From positions 96,001 to 160,000 of the forward strand of contig CAWCNS010000011.1 of NCBI GenBank assembly GCA_963796965.1: a stretch of 64,000 bases of DNA. The letters are read 5' to 3'. This DNA is from Calditrichia bacterium (GTDB lineage: Bacteria > Calditrichota > Calditrichia > JAJRVZ01). The position numbers and the translations under genes are program-made. This document shows, one piece after another, positions 10,990 to 18,913 of the stretch; position 1 is the first letter of the stretch, and every line of letters starts with the position of its first letter. The notes under the pieces are model-generated. The model did not search any database, was not told the DNA's origin, and saw only the letters and a list, made by a program, of their open reading frames with translations.

Positions 10990-12525
10990 TTAATTGATCA
11001 ATTTTAGTTGATGATAATATATAAATTCATAGGGACTTACAGTTATTGATTTTATTTTTTGTGTAGTTATAGGCAAAATGTGATTTTACATGCGCCCGGA
11101 AATACCGCAGGTGTATCATCTAATACTATACGGACAACCTGGCGGTAAAGTTCATGTCGTTTTCTGATCATCTGCTTCCCGAAAGGCTTTATCAATCAAT
11201 GCATCCACATGAATCATTGCTATAATTCATCCTGTTGTATTTGGATCTGGAATGAAAAACTGCATATAAAAAATTCCCTGGATCCCCAATCAATTCGCTG
11301 CCATAGCCATCTAAAAAAAGATGACACGAACTCTCTGATATAGATTTATGGTAGGAGTCGGCATCATTAAAATATTTTGGTATTAACTTTATACCAATTT
11401 TTTCTAATTGATTTTTTAAAAGTTCTATTATTGTTTTCCTGACTCACTGTATACATAGGTATATGTAAATTCAGATTCCAAAGGAGTTATCAGACCGGAC
11501 TTCTTCATCAGCAGAGAAGCTTATAACAAATCATAACCATCCTGTCTCAAATCAGAAAATCCTTCATAAATTGGTGGTAATGGCCCACCGCCGGTTCAGC
11601 ATTACCTCTGTTCGTAATTAAAACTGATTTTTTCAGATCAATTGCACTTAATATAGCTTTCCGCAATGCCAATATTTTTCATTGGTTTATTTTTAAGATT
11701 AAAACCGAGATGAAGCGTACTAAGTGGTTTCTGGACAATAGTATTTAACACGACCCAACCATTTAATCGATCCAAGCCAGTATCCGGATACCATATACAA
11801 TATATCTAGTTTACCATCTTTAAACATTATTTCTGAATTTAAAGATTTATTTGGGTGTACAAATTTAATCTTTATTAGATCAATCGTTTCCCTATATCCC
11901 TCAAAAGCCTTTAATGTGCACAAAATCATTCTCTGACTTACTTTCAAAACGATAGGGACCTGTTCCGACCGGATGCCATTTTATTTCATCCCCATATTTT
12001 TCTAATGCATCTTTTGACATAACAACCAAACCATTGGGAGATGCCAAGGAATATAAAAATGGTGTATAGGGATATTTTAAATCGATTCGAACTTTTAAAC
12101 TGTCAATAATAATAATTTTATCAATAATTTGTAAAAGTGGATAATCAGGTCTTAATCTTATCTGTCGATTCAAATGAATATTTTACATCCTCTGAGGTTA
12201 AAAGTGACCCATCATGGAATCTTATATTAGATTTCAAATGAAATGTATAATGACAATTGATCGGCTGAAACTTTCCAGGATTCTGCCAAACATGGTTTTA
12301 ACGTTTGATAATCATTATCAAGTTTTAGAAAGTGGTTCATAGATCTGTGAAAATATTTGATACTCAAACAATTCTGTATTTAATGCTGGATCTAAACCTG
12401 GGGGGTAAAAATAAATTCCCTGATTGAGTCTCACACCCAGAATCGCACATCCAAAATAATAGATACTTAAAAATATAATTGAGAAGAATATTAAAAGTAT
12501 ATAATCCTCGTGTAACCAACTGCAT
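10990..12525 (-). CDS. Family-5 (OppA/DppA-like) extracellular solute-binding protein, multiple frameshifts
   Basis: Hand translation gives 'GLDPA...QIFSQIYEPLL...LAESW', 'YTFHLKSNIRFHDGSLLTSEDVKYSF', 'PVGTGPYRF', 'RHELYRQVVRIVLDDTPAVF'; stop 2 bp before kinase ATG. Confidence 0.8.
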
Positions 12526-12590
12526 TATAACCTATTTTAGATATCAACTGATATTATATGAAACATGTGTAAAAACTTAAGCAAATAATT

Positions 12591-12658
12591 ACATTTCCCC
12601 AATGCGATACAAATTTACCTATATAATAATTATAAAAAAATATGCATTGGGGAAATGT
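12591..12658 (-). terminator. 15-bp perfect inverted repeat just downstream of the peptide ORF (terminator or mRNA-stabilising stem)
   Basis: ACATTTCCCCAATGC (12591-12605) / GCATTGGGGAAATGT (12644-12658), 38-nt AT-rich loop; weak U-tract. Confidence 0.6.
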
Positions 12659-12667
12659 TTTGACAAC

Positions 12668-12787
12668 TTATTCGATTCCTTTTTCCATTACGGTTTTACT
12701 TAATGTCATATAACTGGTTACCAGACTGAGCATTACAAAGGCCATTGGTTTCATTTTGTTTAATACTTTACGGACTTTCTTCAACAT
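12668..12787 (-). CDS. 39-aa small peptide, candidate RiPP/pheromone precursor MLKKVRKVLNKMKPMAFVMLSLVTSYMTLSKTVMEKGIE
   Basis: Read by hand: ATG 12787 to TAA 12668, AGGAGG at 12799-12794; directly downstream of the radical SAM gene on the same strand. Confidence 0.8.
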   Translation of the reverse strand: MLKKVRKVLNKMKPMAFVMLSLVTSYMTLSKTVMEKGIE

Positions 12788-12901
12788 GATAAACCTCCTA
12801 AGATTGTTAGAATTAAATGGGTATACATATACCCTATTGTTTAGTGGATAAAATGATTAACTATATGATGATGATGTTTCGGATTATTCTGACTTGTTAA
12901 T

Positions 12902-14257
12902 TCACTCCGGCTGTAACGCCTGTGTCTGTAGGTTTTTTTGCATCCAGGATATACCCCTTCTTAATATCCTGCTCAAACCTTCTTCCACAACCAGCATTTT
13001 CAACCGTAAATTAGTGAGCACCTTTAAATTATAATCATAACCATCAAGATAATTATCTTTTGTCAGAATCCCTTCCGACTTGTAATGCTTGTACACATTA
13101 CCACCTTTATACACTTCCAGTTTTTTATTAATCGATATCTGACATTTTTTACTGTGAAAGTAGCGACGGGTCAACTGAAACAAAACCGCAAACTGTTTTA
13201 GCAGATCAAAAAAAGTGGTATAAGCATCGGCAAGGATCACTGAAGCAATCACATCAATCTCTAGTTGATAAAGAATTCGCAATGCTCTCAAATTCTGCCG
13301 GACTGAAATCCCCTTATTAAATCTTTTTAGTTGTTTTTCATCGAATGATTCCAAACCAAGAAAGACCCTTTTTAAGCCAACCTCCTTTAAACGTCGCATC
13401 ACCGGACGACTTACCGTATCAGCCCGACACATGAGATCAAAATTTATCTTTACATTCCGATTTTCCAGTTCCCGGGCAAATGCATCAATATATTCAAGAG
13501 ATTTCTTTCCTTTTACCAGGAATTGATCGTCGTTAAATATAAACTCGGACGTCTTATACGCCTCAGATAAATATTCAAGTTCATTTACCAGGGACTGAAC
13601 CGAGCGTCTTCGCCATGGTTTTCCGGGAGAGATGCCATATAGTCCAATAATATCGCAGAATGTACACCCTCCCCAACATCCCCGTGTCCCATAAACCCGT
13701 AAGGGATGATTGCCTTCAAGAATTAAGGGTGCATATTTACGATCTACGGGAGGCAGGATGTCTAAATCTTTTATCAGGGGACGTGTTTCATTTTCAACAA
13801 TTTGATTCAGATTACGATAAGAAAGACCCTGAATTTCCTGCGGTTCTTTTATGCCTTTCCCGACCAGATAATCCAGAAGTTCTACAAGCGTTAGTTCTCC
13901 TTCTCCCCGAACCACATAATCTACTTCTAAGAAATCTCTCAATATTTCTCTTGCCGAGAAAGTAGCAAAATAGCCCCCTACTATTATCGGCCCCTCATAA
14001 CCCGCAGCCCTTATTTCTTTTATAAGTGCAAACCCTTTATTTTTGGTATTATCCAGAAGTGAGATACCAAGTACTTTGGGATCCATCTCAAGGATATAGG
14101 ATTTAGCCTCTGAAACATCCATATTTTCCAGAGCCATATCTAAGACTTCAACCAAATAATTATTAGAGCGGGCAAATGCAGAGAGGCTGAGTATCCCCAG
14201 ATGCTCACTTAGCGATCCCTTCTGCCGGGTGCCCGGATTTATCAGCAACAAATCCAT
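12902..14257 (-). CDS. Cobalamin-binding (class B-type) radical SAM protein
   Basis: N-terminal B12-binding fold ('LGILSL','VLGIS','IVGGYFAT','VVRGEGE') plus CxxxCxxC 'RGCWGGCTFC', 'FLGLES'; GGAGG RBS at 14272-14268. Confidence 0.93.
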   Translation of the reverse strand: MDLLLINPGTRQKGSLSEHLGILSLSAFARSNNYLVEVLDMALENMDVSEAKSYILEMDPKVLGISLLDNTKNKGFALIKEIRAAGYEGPIIVGGYFATFSAREILRDFLEVDYVVRGEGELTLVELLDYLVGKGIKEPQEIQGLSYRNLNQIVENETRPLIKDLDILPPVDRKYAPLILEGNHPLRVYGTRGCWGGCTFCDIIGLYGISPGKPWRRRSVQSLVNELEYLSEAYKTSEFIFNDDQFLVKGKKSLEYIDAFARELENRNVKINFDLMCRADTVSRPVMRRLKEVGLKRVFLGLESFDEKQLKRFNKGISVRQNLRALRILYQLEIDVIASVILADAYTTFFDLLKQFAVLFQLTRRYFHSKKCQISINKKLEVYKGGNVYKHYKSEGILTKDNYLDGYDYNLKVLTNLRLKMLVVEEGLSRILRRGISWMQKNLQTQALQPE

Positions 14258-14289
14258 ATTCTAAACGCCTCCATTCTACATCTCCTACT

Positions 14290-14305
14290 TGCCAATACCG
14301 TGCCT
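14290..14305 (-). promoter_or_regulatory. sigma54 -24/-12 promoter of the rSAM-peptide operon
   Basis: Minus strand AGGCACGGTATTGGCA = GG-N10-GC with GGCACG core. Confidence 0.78.
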
Positions 14306-14388
14306 GTTTTATTAGAAATCCAATAAATCATTATAAAACAGGAAGTTAAAAACTGAGAGACTAGTTATTGGACAGAAAACACATCATC

Positions 14389-14435
14389 GAAATGTGAACT
14401 TTACTTCACATGATGTGAACTATTGTTCACATTTT
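14389..14435. promoter_or_regulatory. Tandem palindromic enhancer-like site 2 (47-bp direct repeat, copy A)
   Basis: ATGTGAActttacTTCACAT-g-ATGTGAActattgTTCACAT; identical to 14608-14654. Confidence 0.8.
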
Positions 14436-14607
14436 ACACCTGGATGCAAACTGAAATAGTTTATATACGCATGTTTTTTAGATTTTTCTTGATATAAATG
14501 CGATTAAAAGTTAAAAATATGAAAAATATTTAGATAATTGGACTCAATTACTTCATTTTTTGCCGTTCTATATCATCTATTTTACAAAATGTGATGGCAG
14601 ATTACCT

Positions 14608-14654
14608 GAAATGTGAACTTTACTTCACATGATGTGAACTATTGTTCACATTTT
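14608..14654. promoter_or_regulatory. Tandem palindromic enhancer-like site 3 (47-bp direct repeat, copy B)
   Basis: Exact copy of 14389-14435. Confidence 0.8.
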
Positions 14655-14728
14655 TTTAAATACCTCACCCCATTCACACCAAACATAAGTCATTGTTTAC
14701 AAAATATTTATGGCTGATTTACAATTAT

Positions 14729-14744
14729 TGGTATAGTTTTTGTC
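14729..14744 (+). promoter_or_regulatory. Putative sigma54 promoter for the divergent small-protein genes
   Basis: TGGTATAGTTTTTGTC (GG-N10-GT), about 80 bp downstream of site 3. Confidence 0.55.
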
Positions 14745-14871
14745 TTATCGATTATGGGAAAGTGTCAGATTTTAAATGCAACATCTTATTATGTACTCTT
14801 TACATAACAAGAATTATTTCTGAAGACTAACTCAATAATCTTCATTTTTCTAATGATGAAAGGATTTATCA

Positions 14872-15255
14872 TTGATATTAGAGATCGCATCTGATCATCA
14901 GTTAAATGTTGTTGATGTGCATTTTAAAGGTGTTATAGATCTAACCGCTATTAATTCTGCTCTTCAATCAATTATAAATCGAGCAGACTGGGAGCCTGGA
15001 AAGTCCATAATTTTTGATTATAGTGACTTAGATTTCAGAGATTTTTCATCTAAGGATATGCGTTTGGTGTCCGATATGGTTGTACGTTATAAAAATGCTT
15101 TTGGATCTGCGAAGTGGGCTTTTATCCTATCCAGTGATCTCCAATTTGGCCTGATGCGTATGTGGGAAATCATAACAGAGGACAGGGTTCCAATGAATAT
15201 AAACTTATTTAAAAACCGGACAGACGCCCGGGTATGGATCATGGATTCAAACTAG
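14872..15255 (+). CDS. Small STAS/SEC14 (SpoIIAA-like) domain protein #1
   Basis: 'IIFDYS...AFILSSDLQFGLMRMWE...LFKNRTDARVWI'; paralog of 16025 and 16435 ORFs. Confidence 0.65.
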   Translation: MILEIASDHQLNVVDVHFKGVIDLTAINSALQSIINRADWEPGKSIIFDYSDLDFRDFSSKDMRLVSDMVVRYKNAFGSAKWAFILSSDLQFGLMRMWEIITEDRVPMNINLFKNRTDARVWIMDSN

Positions 15256-15341
15256 AAAGTGATAATTTAATGTATAATTATACTGATAAAAAATAGTTAT
15301 CTCCAATAAACATTTCCATAGTAGAGATAACCTAATCCTGT

Positions 15342-15968
15342 TTGATCAGGGTGCTCAAAAACCAAGTCCAAACACAAATATGGCATAAAGGGATAGAGAG
15401 ATATATCACCTCACCCAAGTATATAACTATTATGACTGTTCAACTAGAAATGAGTGCTGATGCAGGCCTTCCTGAGTTAGAAGGCCTTCTCACGGAGGAT
15501 AGTAAAAGTCGGTATCAATGGCTGATCGATTGCACACCCATTACGGATCATTTCAATTTTCCTGGTGGCATGGTCGCCTATTCATTATTTAAAGCCTCAC
15601 GCTATTGTTATGTTTATGGATATTATCTGGCGTCGATGGTCCTTGGATTAGCTTATATCGAAAATACTTTGTCCGGGTTACTGATATATTCGCACCGCGC
15701 AGCCCCCCATGACAGGGGATTACCTGTTCTAACCAGAAAAGCGCGTATCGCCGGATTAATCGACGATGATATAGTTGATTGTATTGACCGCACCCGGATT
15801 TTGCGTAATAATTTCCCCCCATTTAACAATGACAAAAATTCTGGTGTGAACGAGCTGAATAATTACAAAGCTATTAAAGTCTATGAAGATGATGCACGAC
15901 GATTAATGGACATTATGATACATCTACTAAATATTAATCCTGAACCCGGATTAGACAGAGGCAATTAA
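15342..15968 (+). CDS. Hypothetical helical protein (possibly HEPN/DUF4145-like); start uncertain
   Basis: 208-aa ORF; 'ASRYCYVYGYYLASMVL...IENTL' and 'RILRNN' resemble the HEPN-like pattern but the His is missing. Confidence 0.45.
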   Translation: MIRVLKNQVQTQIWHKGIERYITSPKYITIMTVQLEMSADAGLPELEGLLTEDSKSRYQWLIDCTPITDHFNFPGGMVAYSLFKASRYCYVYGYYLASMVLGLAYIENTLSGLLIYSHRAAPHDRGLPVLTRKARIAGLIDDDIVDCIDRTRILRNNFPPFNNDKNSGVNELNNYKAIKVYEDDARRLMDIMIHLLNINPEPGLDRGN

Positions 15969-16024
15969 ACGAATCGCTCGACCTGACCTCTGGTTACCCC
16001 CGGAACTTTGCCTTTGGACAAGCA

Positions 16025-16405
16025 ATGAAAGTTGAAACCCAAATTGATACTAAAAATAATCTTCGGATCCATACGATCACCGGAAAATTCAACCTGGCAG
16101 AATTGCTAAAAGTGCTTGCTTCTATTTATGACAGTTCGAAGCAAAACCTTGAGATGGAAGTACTATGGGATTTGCGAAAAGCCGAGGGTATAGGTTCTCT
16201 TGAGAGACAACATCTTGATAAAATAGTAAATATGGTTTCACAAAATTGGGAGGCAAGTAAACCCCGCCGGGCCGCCTTGGTGGTCTCACGGTTGGTAGAC
16301 TTTGGCCTTGCCCGTATGTACGAAATGCAAATGGAGAGCCTGTCAAACAATGAAATCCGGGTATTTAATGATTTTGAAGAGGCCATGCACTGGTTATGTG
16401 TATAG
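16025..16405 (+). CDS. Small STAS/SEC14-like protein #2
   Basis: 'VLWDLR...AALVVSRLVDFGLARMYE...IRVFNDFEEAMHWL'. Confidence 0.65.
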   Translation: MKVETQIDTKNNLRIHTITGKFNLAELLKVLASIYDSSKQNLEMEVLWDLRKAEGIGSLERQHLDKIVNMVSQNWEASKPRRAALVVSRLVDFGLARMYEMQMESLSNNEIRVFNDFEEAMHWLCV

Positions 16406-16434
16406 TATTTACCTATACTTCCTAATGATTAATA

Positions 16435-16836
16435 ATGAGTTATACCTATACAGTCCAGAATGATCTAAATCTTGTCCTGATACAACTGCAAGGCGATATA
16501 AATTATCTGCAGGAGGTCGAGGCCTTTTCTGCGGTCTTTATGGATGATCGAATCAGAAAAGATGTGAGAATTTTAATCGATAGGACTCAAGCCCCAATTA
16601 AGACGAATCCTGAGAAAGTCAATCAATTCATCGAAGTAGTTGCCAATAGCCTTCCTGAGGTTGGTCGTCCTAAAATTGCTCTGGTGGTTGCCGATGAGGT
16701 CGACTATGGAATGACCCGTGTACTGGAATTACAAGCCGGCACGAATGACAGCCATGACATAAGAGTGTTCTTTGAATTAGATCATGCCTTGAACTGGCTT
16801 GGGATTAAAATGGGCGAAATCAGCAAACCTGAATAA
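16435..16836 (+). CDS. Small STAS/SEC14-like protein #3
   Basis: 'ILIDRT...IALVVADEVDYGMTRVLE...IRVFFELDHALNWL'. Confidence 0.65.
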   Translation: MSYTYTVQNDLNLVLIQLQGDINYLQEVEAFSAVFMDDRIRKDVRILIDRTQAPIKTNPEKVNQFIEVVANSLPEVGRPKIALVVADEVDYGMTRVLELQAGTNDSHDIRVFFELDHALNWLGIKMGEISKPE

Positions 16837-17860
16837 GCACTTTGACTACCCCATCTTCATACCCAGCCACTAAATCAAAAGCTTTTTGCACCTGCCTGAG
16901 GGGCATATTATGGGTAATAATATGATCCGTTTCTATTTTTTTTTCTGCGAGCAGTTTAATTACAGGTTTGACGGCATGATTTTGTCGTCTAACATTTAAG
17001 ATTGAAAGCTCCTTACGCCTGACGGTATCGATATCAAAAGAAATGCGATTTTCTGAAGGAATCCCGACTATCACAAGTTTCCCTCCCGGTTTTAAGATAT
17101 CCACCGCCTGATCTAACGTTTCCTGTTTGCCGGCACATTCAAAAACGACATCCATTAAATCAGGGGCTTTTTGAGAAATAGTTTTTGATATATCCATTTC
17201 CGTAGGATTTCCTTTCCAATACACGCCTGCCTCCTGCGCTAATTCCAAACGATAGTCCAACTTTTCTGTGACAAAAAGCCTCACCTGATGAAGGGCGTTC
17301 AAAATGGCCTGTACACTTAACCCAATCGGACCTGTTCCCAGAATTGCAATATCCTGTTCACGACCAAGATCCTTCACATATCGAACGGCATGGTAAGCTA
17401 TAGACAGAGGTTCAATCAGAACAGCATCGCTGAGACTGATACTATCTGGAAGAGGAAAACAATTGGATGATGGCATAACAATATATTCTGCCATCCCCCC
17501 GGAGAGTTGTCCGGCGGCACCTAAGAACTGAACATTGGGACAAATATGCTCCTTGCCCTCACTACATTGTGCACAAGTCTGACAGGGAATAGCGGGTTCA
17601 ACAAATACACGCTGACCTGTTTGTATATCACATACATCACTTCCAACAGCTTCTACTATTGCTGAACATTCATGGCCAATCGTAAAGGGGTATTTAACAA
17701 TTTGTTCACCAATCTTCCCCTCTTTGTAATAATGCATATCAGAGCCACAAACACCAACATAGCTTATTTTTAATAAAACCTCATCAGTATTTTTTATTTC
17801 CGGTTTCGGGTATTCCTGCAATTCAATTTGATTTATTGCTGTTAGTACGGCCTTCTGCAT
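16820..17860 (-). CDS. Zn-dependent alcohol/polyol dehydrogenase (MDR; sorbitol DH-like)
   Basis: 'GVCGSD', 'GHE', structural Zn C-x2-C-x2-C-x7-C, 'GTGPIG'. Confidence 0.92.
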   Translation of the reverse strand: MQKAVLTAINQIELQEYPKPEIKNTDEVLLKISYVGVCGSDMHYYKEGKIGEQIVKYPFTIGHECSAIVEAVGSDVCDIQTGQRVFVEPAIPCQTCAQCSEGKEHICPNVQFLGAAGQLSGGMAEYIVMPSSNCFPLPDSISLSDAVLIEPLSIAYHAVRYVKDLGREQDIAILGTGPIGLSVQAILNALHQVRLFVTEKLDYRLELAQEAGVYWKGNPTEMDISKTISQKAPDLMDVVFECAGKQETLDQAVDILKPGGKLVIVGIPSENRISFDIDTVRRKELSILNVRRQNHAVKPVIKLLAEKKIETDHIITHNMPLRQVQKAFDLVAGYEDGVVKVLIQVC

Positions 17861-17881
17861 ATTGTATTTCCTAACTATGCT

Positions 17882-18913
17882 CTAATATTTCTCTCTTCGT
17901 TGATTATTTAACCAGTTTAAGGCTGCCTCGAAAATAATCTCATGCCCACCATCAAAAATCGTCACCCGCGCATCACCAGACTGACGTCTGAATAAGGGCT
18001 TTTTTTCTCCATAACTCTCATCATTAATATTTGATATCAGTTCAGGCGGTACCTTTCCCATTGAGACAAAATAAGATATTTGCTCTTCCGATAGGTGATC
18101 AGCATCCTCTGCTACTTTATTAAAGGCAAGAAGGGAATGGCTGACCGGCACCGAGCCCGTATGTCCATCCGCAATCCCGGCATTAATATCCAGGATAACA
18201 CCTTTCGCTTTTTCAAGATGCGTGAGTGGTGACCGGATCCTATATTCCTGATCGACAGCCTCAGATTCTCCCGGGGACCCCATGCAGGACAAACGGATCA
18301 TTTCCGGGTAATTGGTTGAATCTTGCACACCTTCTTCATACCAGGCAGTGAGGTCGGAAATCGAACTCCAGGCAGAGACAGCGGTCCACAGTTCAGGGTA
18401 ATAACTTGCAGCCAATAAAGCGGCCATTCCTCCCCCTGAATTTCCCACAAGGTAAATTCGAGTAGTGTCCACTGAATATTCATTCAAAACAAACTGCACA
18501 GCATCATAGATGTCCTGCATGGCCAGGGGGGATCCCGTTGCCTCAGGTTTCTTATTTGCCCCCCGGAAATTTGGATGGATAAAAATCCAATCCTTATCAA
18601 TACACCATTCAGCGTAAGGGATACTTCCGCTCTGTTTATAATCATTGGACCAGGTATGCAAGGCAACAAGCAAAGGACGGGCTTCATCTTTACCGGGATT
18701 AAAAATCAAAGCCGGTTGCGTTGATTTATCAGCTGAACTGACAATTGAAACTTCTTTAATACCCTTAGGCCATTCACTTATATCAATCCACGAAATACTT
18801 ATTGTCATGACTCCCACCAGTATTAAGATAAGATAGATTTTCACAAATTTCTTCCTTCCCATGCCGGATGATACGTCACTCAATATACGACTGAATTTCA
18901 TCTCATCTGGCAT
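17882..18913 (-). CDS. Membrane-anchored alpha/beta hydrolase (prolyl oligopeptidase/esterase-like)
   Basis: 'VALHTWS', nucleophile elbow GNSGG, C-terminal 'FDGGHE'. Confidence 0.8.
   Translation of the reverse strand: MPDEMKFSRILSDVSSGMGRKKFVKIYLILILVGVMTISISWIDISEWPKGIKEVSIVSSADKSTQPALIFNPGKDEARPLLVALHTWSNDYKQSGSIPYAEWCIDKDWIFIHPNFRGANKKPEATGSPLAMQDIYDAVQFVLNEYSVDTTRIYLVGNSGGGMAALLAASYYPELWTAVSAWSSISDLTAWYEEGVQDSTNYPEMIRLSCMGSPGESEAVDQEYRIRSPLTHLEKAKGVILDINAGIADGHTGSVPVSHSLLAFNKVAEDADHLSEEQISYFVSMGKVPPELISNINDESYGEKKPLFRRQSGDARVTIFDGGHEIIFEAALNWLNNQRREKY

Noticed and set aside
12668..12787. Peptide as a canonical AgrD, ranthipeptide or SPASM-type substrate
   Set aside because: No Cys, no AgrD-like C-terminal PxxP motif, no AgrB in the window; the rSAM has a B12 domain and no SPASM Cys motif
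14389..14654. 47-bp direct repeat as a CRISPR array or IS ends
   Set aside because: Only two copies, a 172-bp spacer, no cas or transposase genes; the internal tandem palindromes and position fit activator sites
14753..14806. 17-codon ORF MGKCQILNATSYYVLFT after the plus-strand sigma54-like box
   Set aside because: No RBS and it starts at about the expected transcription start; no support as a second precursor
15342..15968. Active HEPN RNase toxin
   Set aside because: The Rx4-6H histidine is absent and there is no adjacent nucleotidyltransferase antitoxin
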